Under the pieces are notes generated by a model, which saw nothing but the letters and a program-made list of their open reading frames with translations, was not told where the DNA came from and searched no databases. Of a stretch of 64,000 nucleotides of DNA, positions 38,393 to 47,932 are shown piece by piece (within the stretch, counting starts at the first letter, position 1; each line of letters begins with the position of its first letter). The stretch is from positions 8,074 to 72,073 of the forward strand of contig CAJTZY010000007.1 in NCBI GenBank assembly GCA_910584085.1, written 5' to 3'. The position numbers and the translations under genes were made by a program. This DNA comes from an uncultured Bacilli bacterium. GTDB lineage: Bacteria > Bacillota_I > Bacilli_A > RF39 > UBA660.

Positions 38393-39715
38393 TTACATTG
38401 TCTTTTTACCTAAATCTTCATTTTCTATATTTTCTTCCTCAAAATCACCTAAATTATATGTATCTAGTATATTTTTTCTTTTTGTATCAATATCACTACC
38501 AAATTTTTTATCAATATAATCAAGTAATGCAGAATTTATTTCTACATCAGTATTTTTTTCTAGTAATAAATCTACTTCTTTCTTTGTTAAAAAATCTGCT
38601 ATGTCATATGCCATAATTCTAACCAATTCTTTATATTTTTCTAGTTCTTTAAAGTTAGTTTCTATTATATATTTTTTAAATAGTTTCATATCTTCATCAG
38701 TATATTGTATTTTTCCAGTATAATAATTTTTTATTGTTGAAAAAATAGCGATTTCTTTTAATTCATCATCTAATAAAGAAAATACTCTATATGAATAAAG
38801 ATTTATTTCTTTAATATATTTGCTATCAAATGCACCATATCCAATTTTTTCTACACTATCTGGTATTGTTATTTTTGATAAGTTTTCGCAGTCTGAAAAT
38901 GCACTTTTTTCAATTTTTATTAGGCCTGATTGAAGTATTACATTAGATAAGTTACTACAGTGAGAAAAAGAGGCGACACCTATTTCCGTTACACTATTTG
39001 GAATTATCATATTTGTAAAACTGGTACATTCAGAAAATGCGCATTGTCCAATTTTTATTACACCATCTGGTATTATTATATTTGATAAGTTTTCACAATA
39101 AGCAAATGCCCAACCATCTATCAATTTCAGTTTTGATGGAAGAATTACATTTGTTAATTTTTTACATCCTCCAAATACAAACTCGCCTAGCTCATTTATA
39201 TTATCCGAAATTTTTACATTGGATAAATTTTTACATCCATAAAATACACGTGGTTCTATTTCTGTAACACTATCTGGTATTGTTATTTTTGTTAATCTTA
39301 TACAATCTTGAAATGCCGCATATTTTATTTCTGTAATATTGTTTGGAATATTTATATCTGTTAAATTATAGCACCTTTTAAATAAACGCCCAGATATTTC
39401 TGACATTTTAGATGGTATATTTATATTTGTTAAACTTATACATTCAGAAAATGCCTCGCTTTCTATTTCAGTTATACTTTCGGGAAGTGTTATATTGTGC
39501 AATGAAAGACAATTTTCGAATGCTCCAGCGCCTATTTCTGTAACACTATTTGGAATATTTATTGTTTCTAATGCTTGACAATCCATAAATACCCATGAAT
39601 CTATTTCTTTTACACAATCTGGAATTACAGTCTCAGTTATACCTTCTTTTTCATGATATTTTATTAACTTATTATCTTCATCTACTTCAAATTGATCATC
39701 TATTATTTTATTCAT
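38393..39715 (-). CDS. BspA-type leucine-rich repeat (LRR_5-like) protein, no signal peptide, helical C-terminal domain
   Basis: 11.5 tandem 23-aa units of the form IPxSVTEIGxxAFxxCxxLtxIx. The start is taken at MNKIIDD (39715) with RBS gggagg, 16 nt after the mutL stop. Confidence 0.8.
   Translation of the reverse strand: MNKIIDDQFEVDEDNKLIKYHEKEGITETVIPDCVKEIDSWVFMDCQALETINIPNSVTEIGAGAFENCLSLHNITLPESITEIESEAFSECISLTNINIPSKMSEISGRLFKRCYNLTDINIPNNITEIKYAAFQDCIRLTKITIPDSVTEIEPRVFYGCKNLSNVKISDNINELGEFVFGGCKKLTNVILPSKLKLIDGWAFAYCENLSNIIIPDGVIKIGQCAFSECTSFTNMIIPNSVTEIGVASFSHCSNLSNVILQSGLIKIEKSAFSDCENLSKITIPDSVEKIGYGAFDSKYIKEINLYSYRVFSLLDDELKEIAIFSTIKNYYTGKIQYTDEDMKLFKKYIIETNFKELEKYKELVRIMAYDIADFLTKKEVDLLLEKNTDVEINSALLDYIDKKFGSDIDTKRKNILDTYNLGDFEEENIENEDLGKKTM
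38822..39625 (-). repeat. in-frame array of ~11.5 x 69-nt (23-aa) LRR units within the 38393-39715 gene
   Basis: Units read directly from the translation include IPNSVTEIGAGAFENCLSLHNIT, LPESITEIESEAFSECISLTNIN, IPDSVTEIEPRVFYGCKNLSNVK and others. Confidence 0.75.
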
Positions 39716-39731
39716 ATTTTGCCTCCCTATT

Positions 39732-41531
39732 TTAAAATCCACTTCTTTTAAATAACTTTTCTAAATCACTTTTAGAATAATATATAACTGTTGGTCTACC
39801 ATGTGGGCAGTTAAATGGATTTTTACATTTTCTTAAGTCATCAATTAGATTTTGCATTTCATCCATTGTAATAGAAGTATTTGCTTTTATTGACATTTTA
39901 CAAGCCATTGTAGCAGCTAAATGATCATTAAATTTATTAAGATCAAAGTTTTTTTCTTTACTAATGACAAGTTCTAGTACTTTTTTTATGGCGTTATCTT
40001 CATTACCAACTGGAAGCCATGTTGGGTGTGCCTTTACAATAACAGAATTAATTCCAAATTCATCTATTTCAAAATTAAGTTCTCTTAAAAAATCAAAGTT
40101 TTCTTTCAAAATTATATATTCTGAATTAGTGTATTCAATAGTTAATGGAAACATCATAGGAACATTCTCATGTAATTTTCTTCCTAATTTATCTTTTACT
40201 ATCTCATAATTTACTCTTTCTTTTGCAGCATGTTGATCAATTATATACATTCCTATTTCATTTTGACATATTATATATGTCCCGTGCACAAGTCCAACTG
40301 GATACATAACAGGCATAATATCCTTTACATCTTCGTGGACTTCTACCTCATCATATATCTTTATATCTTCATTCTTTTCATCTATAGGCACTATATTATC
40401 ATTATCTGATTTTTCTACTTCTTTAAAATCATTATTAATTATATATTCTTCTTCTACTTCATTTACAGTAGGTATATCGAAGTTTAGTTTTACCTCTTCA
40501 TAGTTTTTCTTTTTTTTAGGTATCGTTGATTCTATATGTGGTATTAATGTTTTTGTTTTCAATTTATCTTTTATTGTATCAGAAACTAGGTTTAATAATT
40601 CTTCCATATTTCCAAATTTAATATCCATTTTAGTTGGATGAATATTAACATCAACTAAACTTGTATCTACGCTTATATTTAAAACTACTATTGGATAGTA
40701 ATTATCTGGTTTATAAGAGTGATATGAATCATTTATAGTTCTATTTAAATCAGCATTTCTTACAACTCTACCATTTACTATAGTTATTATATTATTTCTA
40801 CTTGATCTATACACCTCTGGTAGACTAATAAATCCCTCTATTTCATAATCACTATTAGAAGCTTTTATATCAATCATCTTTTTTGTAACATTAATTCCAT
40901 ATATACTATTTATACATTTAAGTAGATTATTGGATCCATCGGTTTTTAATAACTCCTTGGAATCATTTGTAACACTAAATCTTATTTCTGGATGTGAAAG
41001 TGCGATTTTATTCATATAATCTGTAATGTTTGCAAGCTCGGTATATAAGCTTTTTAAATGTTTAAGTCTTGCTGGAGTATTATAAAATAAATCTCTTACA
41101 CATATAATTGTTCCAACTCTTGCATCACTATTTTCAACACTTAATATTTTCCCACCTTTAATATTAACTTTAGTACCAATATCGCCCATTGAAGTTATAA
41201 GCTCAATATCTGTTACAGATGCGATTGATGCGAGTGCCTCACCACGGAATCCTAAAGTATGTATGTGATATAAATCATCTTCATCTGTTATTTTACTTGT
41301 AGCATGTCTATTAAAAGCCATAATAGCATCTTCTTTATCCATACCTTTTCCATTATCTGTAACCTTTATCTCTTTAATCCCAGACTCTATTAAATCTACA
41401 TTAATTTCAGTAGAGCCAGCATCTATGCTATTTTCTACAAGTTCTTTCACAACAGATGAACATCTTTCTACAACCTCGCCTGCTGCTATTTTATTTGATA
41501 AAATTTCATCCATTATTTTAATTACTGCCAT
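39732..41531 (-). CDS. mutL: DNA mismatch repair endonuclease MutL
   Basis: A GHKL ATPase N-terminus (IAAGEVVERCSSVVKELVENSIDAG, TLGFRGEAL), the endonuclease motif DQHAAKERVNYE and a C-terminal CPHGRP. The start is probably MAVIKIM (41531), preceded by aggtga. Confidence 0.95.
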   Translation of the reverse strand: MAVIKIMDEILSNKIAAGEVVERCSSVVKELVENSIDAGSTEINVDLIESGIKEIKVTDNGKGMDKEDAIMAFNRHATSKITDEDDLYHIHTLGFRGEALASIASVTDIELITSMGDIGTKVNIKGGKILSVENSDARVGTIICVRDLFYNTPARLKHLKSLYTELANITDYMNKIALSHPEIRFSVTNDSKELLKTDGSNNLLKCINSIYGINVTKKMIDIKASNSDYEIEGFISLPEVYRSSRNNIITIVNGRVVRNADLNRTINDSYHSYKPDNYYPIVVLNISVDTSLVDVNIHPTKMDIKFGNMEELLNLVSDTIKDKLKTKTLIPHIESTIPKKKKNYEEVKLNFDIPTVNEVEEEYIINNDFKEVEKSDNDNIVPIDEKNEDIKIYDEVEVHEDVKDIMPVMYPVGLVHGTYIICQNEIGMYIIDQHAAKERVNYEIVKDKLGRKLHENVPMMFPLTIEYTNSEYIILKENFDFLRELNFEIDEFGINSVIVKAHPTWLPVGNEDNAIKKVLELVISKEKNFDLNKFNDHLAATMACKMSIKANTSITMDEMQNLIDDLRKCKNPFNCPHGRPTVIYYSKSDLEKLFKRSGF

Positions 41532-41581
41532 ATTATCACCTGTACTCATTATACTATAAAATTGCTTTTAAAACTATAAAT

Positions 41582-41609
41582 TTGACAAATTATTAAAAAA
41601 GAGTATTAT
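41582..41609 (+). promoter_or_regulatory. putative SigA-type promoter
   Basis: TTGACA (41582-41587), a 16-nt spacer, then TATTAT (41604-41609), upstream of RBS aaaggagga and the ATG at 41637. Confidence 0.45.
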
Positions 41610-41636
41610 ATATTAAGTTAAAAAGGAGGAATCCAC

Positions 41637-42755
41637 ATGAATTTTAATCTATCAGAGTTGCAATCTCTATTTAAATGTATCAAAGAAATAATAAATGATA
41701 TTGAAAGAGAAGAATATAAAAATAAAAGATTTAAATTATATTTAGCAAACGGCGAGTGTATAAATTTAGCAATTTCAGAAAAGTATATAGCTAGTTTACT
41801 TGGTATAAATGCAATTTATTTATCTTCACTATTTAATAATTCTAATTCATTTGATTCATTAAAAGAATTAATAAATAATCCAGATAAGATTTATGAATTA
41901 GTAAATCAAAAAATTATTAGTTATGATAATCTATTTTCAAAATCTATTTTACTAAGAATTGCTTTATTTAGGGAAAATTTAAGTTTAAATATACATGATA
42001 CTCAGTTTGTATGTAAATGCGATAATGAAAGATCTTATACAAATGATGGGAATTTTAAAAAATATGATTATGTAATTGTTAAAAAACTTCCAAATGATAA
42101 ATATGGCTTACTTTACTTAGTTAAAAATAGTGAATTTTGTAATCCAATAAACAGTGAAATATATGATGATTATGATTCTTTAAGCATTGTGCTTCAAGAA
42201 TTAGTAAGGGCACAGGAGATTACTCTACTTAATAGTATTAAATCATTTAATAGACTTCAAGAAAGTTCTGCTAAATCTTATGAATTATCCTTAGAAGATA
42301 AAAAATTAAAAATTGAGAAATTAAAACTTTATAAAAATGAATTTAATTGTTATATAGATTTAACTGATGACTTAGAAAAAACAATTAATAAATTGAAAAT
42401 AAAAATAGAGAATATAGATTCAATTGAAATTTGCTCAAACAATATAGCAAAATTTATTAATAATTGTAGTGTTATTGAAACTAACTATTCTATTGAGCCT
42501 GAGTTATTACCTATTGTTCAAGCATTTAATAATTTTTTATATTCACAAAATCTTGCTGGTATTTCAGAGGATTCTACGAGAAATTCTGAAATAATCAAAG
42601 TTTTAATAAATTTTAAATCAAAACTTGAAGCACTTGAGGATGCAAATAAAAATTTAGAAGATGAAAACCATGATTTAAGTGCAAAAAATGAGGAATTAAT
42701 TGAAACACAAGATAAAATTTATCAATTATTAAAAGGAAAAACTGCTGAAAAATGA
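41637..42755 (+). CDS. hypothetical protein with C-terminal coiled coil
   Basis: A 372-aa ORF with a strong RBS. The C-terminal KLEALEDANKNLEDENHDLSAKNEELIETQDKIYQLL is heptad-like. It is followed by a T-run after the stop. Confidence 0.6.
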   Translation: MNFNLSELQSLFKCIKEIINDIEREEYKNKRFKLYLANGECINLAISEKYIASLLGINAIYLSSLFNNSNSFDSLKELINNPDKIYELVNQKIISYDNLFSKSILLRIALFRENLSLNIHDTQFVCKCDNERSYTNDGNFKKYDYVIVKKLPNDKYGLLYLVKNSEFCNPINSEIYDDYDSLSIVLQELVRAQEITLLNSIKSFNRLQESSAKSYELSLEDKKLKIEKLKLYKNEFNCYIDLTDDLEKTINKLKIKIENIDSIEICSNNIAKFINNCSVIETNYSIEPELLPIVQAFNNFLYSQNLAGISEDSTRNSEIIKVLINFKSKLEALEDANKNLEDENHDLSAKNEELIETQDKIYQLLKGKTAEK

Positions 42756-42799
42756 TTCAACAGTTTTTTTTATTAAATTACTAATATTAGTTAATGATT

Positions 42800-43993
42800 T
42801 TATATTATTTCTTCTAATATATTTGGATTATTTAAGACACTCACAAGCTTATCTATTTCTTCTTTTGTATTATAAAAATATAAACTTATTCTACAAGTGT
42901 TTTTAATACCTAATTCATCCTTTAATATTTTAGCACAGTGGTTACCTGCCCTAACACATATATTATACTTATTTAAATATATGGCAAGATCTTGAGGAAA
43001 GATATCTTTTATATTAAATGTTATAATTGAACTTTCACCTTCCTCGTTATAAATAATAATATTTGGTACTTTTTTTAATTTATCTATAGCATATCTTCTT
43101 AAATTCTTTTCATATTGTTCTATTTTATTCATTCCTATTTTAGATAAATAATTAATTACACTGCCAAATCCTATAACATCGGCTATATTTGGTGTTCCCG
43201 CCTCAAGTAGATGTGGCATTTCATTATATTCACGGGTTCCATCGAATTCAAAAGAAGCATTCATCCCTCCACCAACTATAATAGGTTTTATAGAATCTAA
43301 TAGATTTTCATTTACATATAAAATCCCAAGTCCTGTTGGTCCACACATTTTATGTGCTGAAAAGGCTAAAAAGTCCATATCCAACTCTGTAACATCTATT
43401 TTCATATGAGGAATAGATTGGGCACCATCAATAACAACTAATATGTTATTTTTATGAGCATAATCTATTATCTCTTTTATTGGTCTAATATCTCCTACCA
43501 CATTAGTAACATGAGCAATACTAATAACTTTAGTATTCTCATTTATTGCATTTTTAACATTATCTAATGTTAATTTTAAGTTATCATCTAATTTAATATA
43601 ATTTACTTTAATGCCTATCTCATCACTAAGCTCAAACCATGGAAGTACATTTGAGGCATGCTCTGATTTTGTAATTAAAACTTCGTCACATGCATTTAAA
43701 TGATTTTTAAAATATCCAAATATAATTTTATTTAAAGAATCAGTTGCATTATTTGTAAATACTATCTGATTAGAATTTTTAGCATTAATAAAATTTCTAA
43801 CTAATTCCCTCGTATTTTCATACATAGAATCTACTTTAAGGCTTATATCATAGTCTCCTCTATGTGCATTCGCACTATAATTATTATAGTAATCACTTAT
43901 AGAATCACTTAAAATATATGGTTTTAGTGTAGTTGCTCCATTATCTAAATAAACTATATCTTTATTTAACATATAAAAATCATCTCTATTCAT
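42800..43993 (-). CDS. sufS: cysteine desulfurase (SufS-type, class V aminotransferase)
   Basis: The PLP-lysine context FSAHKMCGPTGLGILY and the catalytic Cys context RAGNHCA. It lies downstream of sufC and the SufB/D-family gene. Confidence 0.9.
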   Translation of the reverse strand: MNRDDFYMLNKDIVYLDNGATTLKPYILSDSISDYYNNYSANAHRGDYDISLKVDSMYENTRELVRNFINAKNSNQIVFTNNATDSLNKIIFGYFKNHLNACDEVLITKSEHASNVLPWFELSDEIGIKVNYIKLDDNLKLTLDNVKNAINENTKVISIAHVTNVVGDIRPIKEIIDYAHKNNILVVIDGAQSIPHMKIDVTELDMDFLAFSAHKMCGPTGLGILYVNENLLDSIKPIIVGGGMNASFEFDGTREYNEMPHLLEAGTPNIADVIGFGSVINYLSKIGMNKIEQYEKNLRRYAIDKLKKVPNIIIYNEEGESSIITFNIKDIFPQDLAIYLNKYNICVRAGNHCAKILKDELGIKNTCRISLYFYNTKEEIDKLVSVLNNPNILEEII

Positions 43994-43996
43994 AAA

Positions 43997-44797
43997 TCAC
44001 CTCCAATACTTTTCAATATTTTTTGTTATTTCTTTTAACATTTTTTTATCATTAATATCACTTGTTAAAAAACCACTAATTAATAATTTTAAAGCAGAAT
44101 TATAATCAATTCCCCTACTTTGAATATAAAACATTTCTTCATCACTAAATTTACCAATAAGTGCAGAGTGTGAAGCTGCTACATCACTTGTATCTATATA
44201 TAGATTTGGCATTATTTCACATTTATTATTTGTTAAATTTATTATTCTATTATTTTGATTAACTATGCAGCCAGTAATATCTTTTGGAACAAATGAAGAT
44301 ACTTGATAAATTATTAAACCATCCTTATTACAAACTCCATTATTTTTAATATTACTAATAGTATTTTTTGCCTTGTGAAAAATATGATAATCATAGGTTT
44401 CTTTGTTACAACTTATAGTTTTAAAATTATAATCAATATTTGCATTTTCTCCATCTAATTTAACTATTATCATCTCTTTAATACTATTAATTTTTTGAAA
44501 TTTAAATACATTACAATAACTATTTTTTTCTAAATTATATTTATACTGTATTTTTCCTATATTACCATTAGTTAATATATTTAAATTTAATTTTACATTT
44601 TCTTCTAAACTAATATTAAAGTTTAATTTAGTGTCATCTTTTATTTTAATTTCTATTTCTAACTCTGAATCTTTTTTAATATTTAACTTTATCTCATTTA
44701 TAGCAAACAAGCATTCCTTTTGATAATATTCTACATTTATATTTTCATTTACATTTATTTTTTCTAAATTATCATTAACTATTATTATTTTATTCAT
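43997..44797 (-). CDS. short SufB/SufD-family Fe-S assembly protein (266 aa)
   Basis: The C-terminal pattern DVAASHSALIGKFSDEEMFYIQSRGIDYNSALKLLISGFL is the SufB/D core. It overlaps the sufC stop by 8 nt. Confidence 0.7.
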   Translation of the reverse strand: MNKIIIVNDNLEKINVNENINVEYYQKECLFAINEIKLNIKKDSELEIEIKIKDDTKLNFNISLEENVKLNLNILTNGNIGKIQYKYNLEKNSYCNVFKFQKINSIKEMIIVKLDGENANIDYNFKTISCNKETYDYHIFHKAKNTISNIKNNGVCNKDGLIIYQVSSFVPKDITGCIVNQNNRIINLTNNKCEIMPNLYIDTSDVAASHSALIGKFSDEEMFYIQSRGIDYNSALKLLISGFLTSDINDKKMLKEITKNIEKYWR

Positions 44798-45581
44798 GAC
44801 TTATTTTTTCCTTTATGGCACATATACTAGTAGAATTATCTTTTTCTTTTTTTATTTGTTCAAAGCCATGCTCTTCTATTTCTTTTACTAAACTAAAATC
44901 TCCTGTTTTAACTATTTTACCTTCACTTATTATATGCACGTGAGTAGGTTTCACATAATCAAGAAGCCTTTCATAATGTGTAATTAAAAGAATTCCTGGA
45001 TTATACTCTTTATAATAATCCATGATAGATTCTCCAACTATTTTTAAACTATCTACATCAAGTCCAGAATCTATTTCATCAAGCATAACTAAACTAGGTT
45101 TTAACATATACATTTGAAGTATTTCATTTTTCTTTCTTTCTCCACCACTAAAACCTTGATTAATTCCTCTATGTATCATATCATTTTTCATTTTCAATTT
45201 TTCTATATTTTTATCTAACTCTTTTATAAAATCAAATAATTTAAAGTTTTCTTTTTCTCTTACACTTACCGCACTTCTTAAGAAATCTGCATTACTAACA
45301 CCTTCAATTTCTATTGGTAATTGCATTCCTAAAAATATACCAAGTCTACTTCTTTCATCAACACTAAGATCATTTAATAATACATCATTATAGTAAATTT
45401 TACCACTTTCAATTTTATAATTTGGATCCCCCATAATAACTTTAGTAAGTGTACTTTTACCTATTCCATTAGGTCCCATTAATGCATGTATTTCACCACT
45501 ATTTATTATTAAATCAAAATCCTTTAATATTATTTTATTTTCAACCGATACTGTTAGTTTTTTAAGTTTCATTGTATTCAT
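44790..45581 (-). CDS. sufC: Fe-S cluster assembly ATPase SufC
   Basis: Walker A GPNGIGKST, GIFLGMQLPIEIEGV, signature FSGGERKKNE and Walker B VMLDEIDSGLD. Confidence 0.92.
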   Translation of the reverse strand: MNTMKLKKLTVSVENKIILKDFDLIINSGEIHALMGPNGIGKSTLTKVIMGDPNYKIESGKIYYNDVLLNDLSVDERSRLGIFLGMQLPIEIEGVSNADFLRSAVSVREKENFKLFDFIKELDKNIEKLKMKNDMIHRGINQGFSGGERKKNEILQMYMLKPSLVMLDEIDSGLDVDSLKIVGESIMDYYKEYNPGILLITHYERLLDYVKPTHVHIISEGKIVKTGDFSLVKEIEEHGFEQIKKEKDNSTSICAIKEKISHE

Positions 45582-45808
45582 AGATTATCACCCTCTAACA
45601 TTATACTAAATAATGTTTAAAAAATAAAGAATTTACTTATTCTTTGTTTAAAAATTATAAAAAATATCATAATATCATGAATATTCGCAGTATTCACCAA
45701 AAGAGTTTTAACTCTTTTTTTAATAATATTAAACGCTAAAAAATGTATATTTATTTATATAATGACAAATTTAAATATATCTGATAAAATTATATAGGAG
45801 ATGATTAT

Positions 45809-46204
45809 ATGGATTGCATATTTTGCAAAATGGTAAATGGTGAAATTCCTTGTTATAAATTCTATGAAGATGATACAGTACTTGCTTTTTTGGATATTAA
45901 TCCAGATTCTGATGGGCATACACTAATAATACCAAAAAAACATTTTACAGATTTAGACGATATCGATATAGAAACACTTAAATGCATTAATAAGGCATCT
46001 AAAAAGATTAAAAAATTATTAGAAAAAAAATTAGGATGTATTGGTATATCATTACTTCAAAATAATGGATGTGCACAGGAAGTTAAGCATTATCACATGC
46101 ATTTAAAGCCTTATTATAAAGGCAAAAAATCAATTGAAATGATTAAACATTCTGAATTTATTAAGGATCCAAAAGAAATTTACGAAATATTAAAAGAGAA
46201 CTAA
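45809..46204 (+). CDS. HIT-family (histidine triad) nucleotide hydrolase
   Basis: CIFCKMVNGEIPCYKFYEDD...AFLDINP...GHTLIIPKKH and the triad HYHMHLKP. Confidence 0.9.
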   Translation: MDCIFCKMVNGEIPCYKFYEDDTVLAFLDINPDSDGHTLIIPKKHFTDLDDIDIETLKCINKASKKIKKLLEKKLGCIGISLLQNNGCAQEVKHYHMHLKPYYKGKKSIEMIKHSEFIKDPKEIYEILKEN

Positions 46205-46214
46205 AAAATTCTCT

Positions 46215-47246
46215 TTATTTTTTTAACTGTTTTTGATAATTACTATCCGTTTTTTCATCTAATATATATGAATAATCAGTACCAAGTATTTCTTTCATTT
46301 CCCTTTTTGCTTCTTCTATTATTGATTCTAATGTATTTTCCCTTATCTCAGTTTTTATTTCATTATTAGTTTTATAGTTAATTATATCTGGCATTATTTC
46401 TTTTAATAAATATTTATCCATAAACCTTTTTATATTCATTTCATCAAAATTATCTCCAGTATAGTTACTTCTTTTGTTAAATTGAATTCCTGATATTATT
46501 ATATTTTTAGTAATTGCTATATTACTCTTTTCATCTACTAACCATTTTATAGGGCTAACACTAATCCAAACAAAATCCCCATCTTTATATTTTTCTCCAT
46601 TTGAAAAAGTAAATTTTCTCCCATCATAATATGAATTAACTTTAACTCTAACATATTTTTTACCATTATACTCATATTCTATATGTTCTTGTGGTTCGAA
46701 ATCTTTTAAATATTCATAATAATGTCTGGAATCTATTGTATAAACTTTTCCTGTTTTATTTAAATTATTATTTGAGTATAAGTCTTCCAATTCTTCACAT
46801 AATTTTTTTGAACATACCCACTGCGGATACTCACCAAATTCTACTTCAAGAATACCATTTATGCTTTTCACTTTGTTTGAGGAAATTTTAGAAATTGATG
46901 AGAACGGTAAATTTGGACGACAACCACTACAACGTCTATTAATGTAATTCCATTCATTGAAGCCAGCAGCGCCAACTGTGCGGATATTGTTGCTTTCGTC
47001 GCATGATTTAGTCCACCAAGATCCTGTTCTATCACTTAAATTAATACCTTCAAATGCAAGATAATTTGATACAATTCCACCTAATGCTGCTGAAAAATCA
47101 GTTGTTGCTGCCTTTGTTCCGTATCTTACAAATATTTCTAAAGATTCTACTTGTTCTATTGTTAAAAGGTCCAATTCAATTAAATCATATTGTTTTAATT
47201 TTTCTAATCTTTTTTCTTCTTTTTTAAATATATTTTCATAATTCAT
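46215..47246 (-). CDS. hypothetical protein sharing N- and C-terminal modules with the neighbouring gene
   Basis: The N-terminus MNYENIFKKEEKRLE and the C-terminal TLESIIEEAKREMKEIL mirror ORF 47255-47881. The central ~260 aa is an unrelated domain (TTDFSAALGG...GSWWTKS). Confidence 0.6.
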   Translation of the reverse strand: MNYENIFKKEEKRLEKLKQYDLIELDLLTIEQVESLEIFVRYGTKAATTDFSAALGGIVSNYLAFEGINLSDRTGSWWTKSCDESNNIRTVGAAGFNEWNYINRRCSGCRPNLPFSSISKISSNKVKSINGILEVEFGEYPQWVCSKKLCEELEDLYSNNNLNKTGKVYTIDSRHYYEYLKDFEPQEHIEYEYNGKKYVRVKVNSYYDGRKFTFSNGEKYKDGDFVWISVSPIKWLVDEKSNIAITKNIIISGIQFNKRSNYTGDNFDEMNIKRFMDKYLLKEIMPDIINYKTNNEIKTEIRENTLESIIEEAKREMKEILGTDYSYILDEKTDSNYQKQLKK

Positions 47247-47254
47247 TTTATCGC

Positions 47255-47881
47255 CTACTTTTTTACCTTTTGAAAAGGAGTATCTTTTAATATCTTATTC
47301 ATTTTTTCTTCTGCTTCTTTGAGTGCTGATGAAAGTGTCATTTCTATTTCATTTTCTGATTTTTTAAAAGATTGAATATTTAAATATTTTTCTAATATTT
47401 CTAAACACTTTTTGTTACTTTTTGCTACTTCAATTAGTGTTAATCCCTTGTGAGTTTTTATATTCAAATTTGCTCCTAATAATATTAATATTTCTAAATT
47501 GATTTCACGATTACACTGTACACATTCTATTATATCTTTTTCACTAAATTTATAATCTGCTCTAAGTAATAATTTAAAGTTTGATAATTTTTTATATCTT
47601 GTACAATAACTTAGAATGGATAGATTCTCGCTTGTAACATATGAATAATTTACATCCGCTCCACTCAATATCAAATTTTCAACTTCTGAATAGGTATAAC
47701 TACTACTTATTTTTTGCATTAACATTTCAGAAAGCCAATTACGCTTATTATCATGGACTTTTTTTATTTTACTTTTAAATTCTTTTATGCTTTCATCATC
47801 TAAGCCATATTCTTTTAGCTTTTCCTGCCTTTCATGTTCTAATCTTTCTTCACTCTTTTTAAATATATTTTCATAATTCAT
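47255..47881 (-). CDS. ankyrin-repeat-like protein sharing N- and C-terminal modules with the neighbouring gene
   Basis: The N-terminus is MNYENIFKKSEERLE. ANK-like segments are LILSGADVNY and LLGANLNIKTHKGLTLIEVAKSNKKCLEIL. The C-terminal module is TLSSALKEAEEKMNKIL. Confidence 0.6.
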   Translation of the reverse strand: MNYENIFKKSEERLEHERQEKLKEYGLDDESIKEFKSKIKKVHDNKRNWLSEMLMQKISSSYTYSEVENLILSGADVNYSYVTSENLSILSYCTRYKKLSNFKLLLRADYKFSEKDIIECVQCNREINLEILILLGANLNIKTHKGLTLIEVAKSNKKCLEILEKYLNIQSFKKSENEIEMTLSSALKEAEEKMNKILKDTPFQKVKK

Positions 47882-47932
47882 ACTATCAACTCACTATTCA
47901 AATATACTAACATATTGAATATAAAAAAGCAA

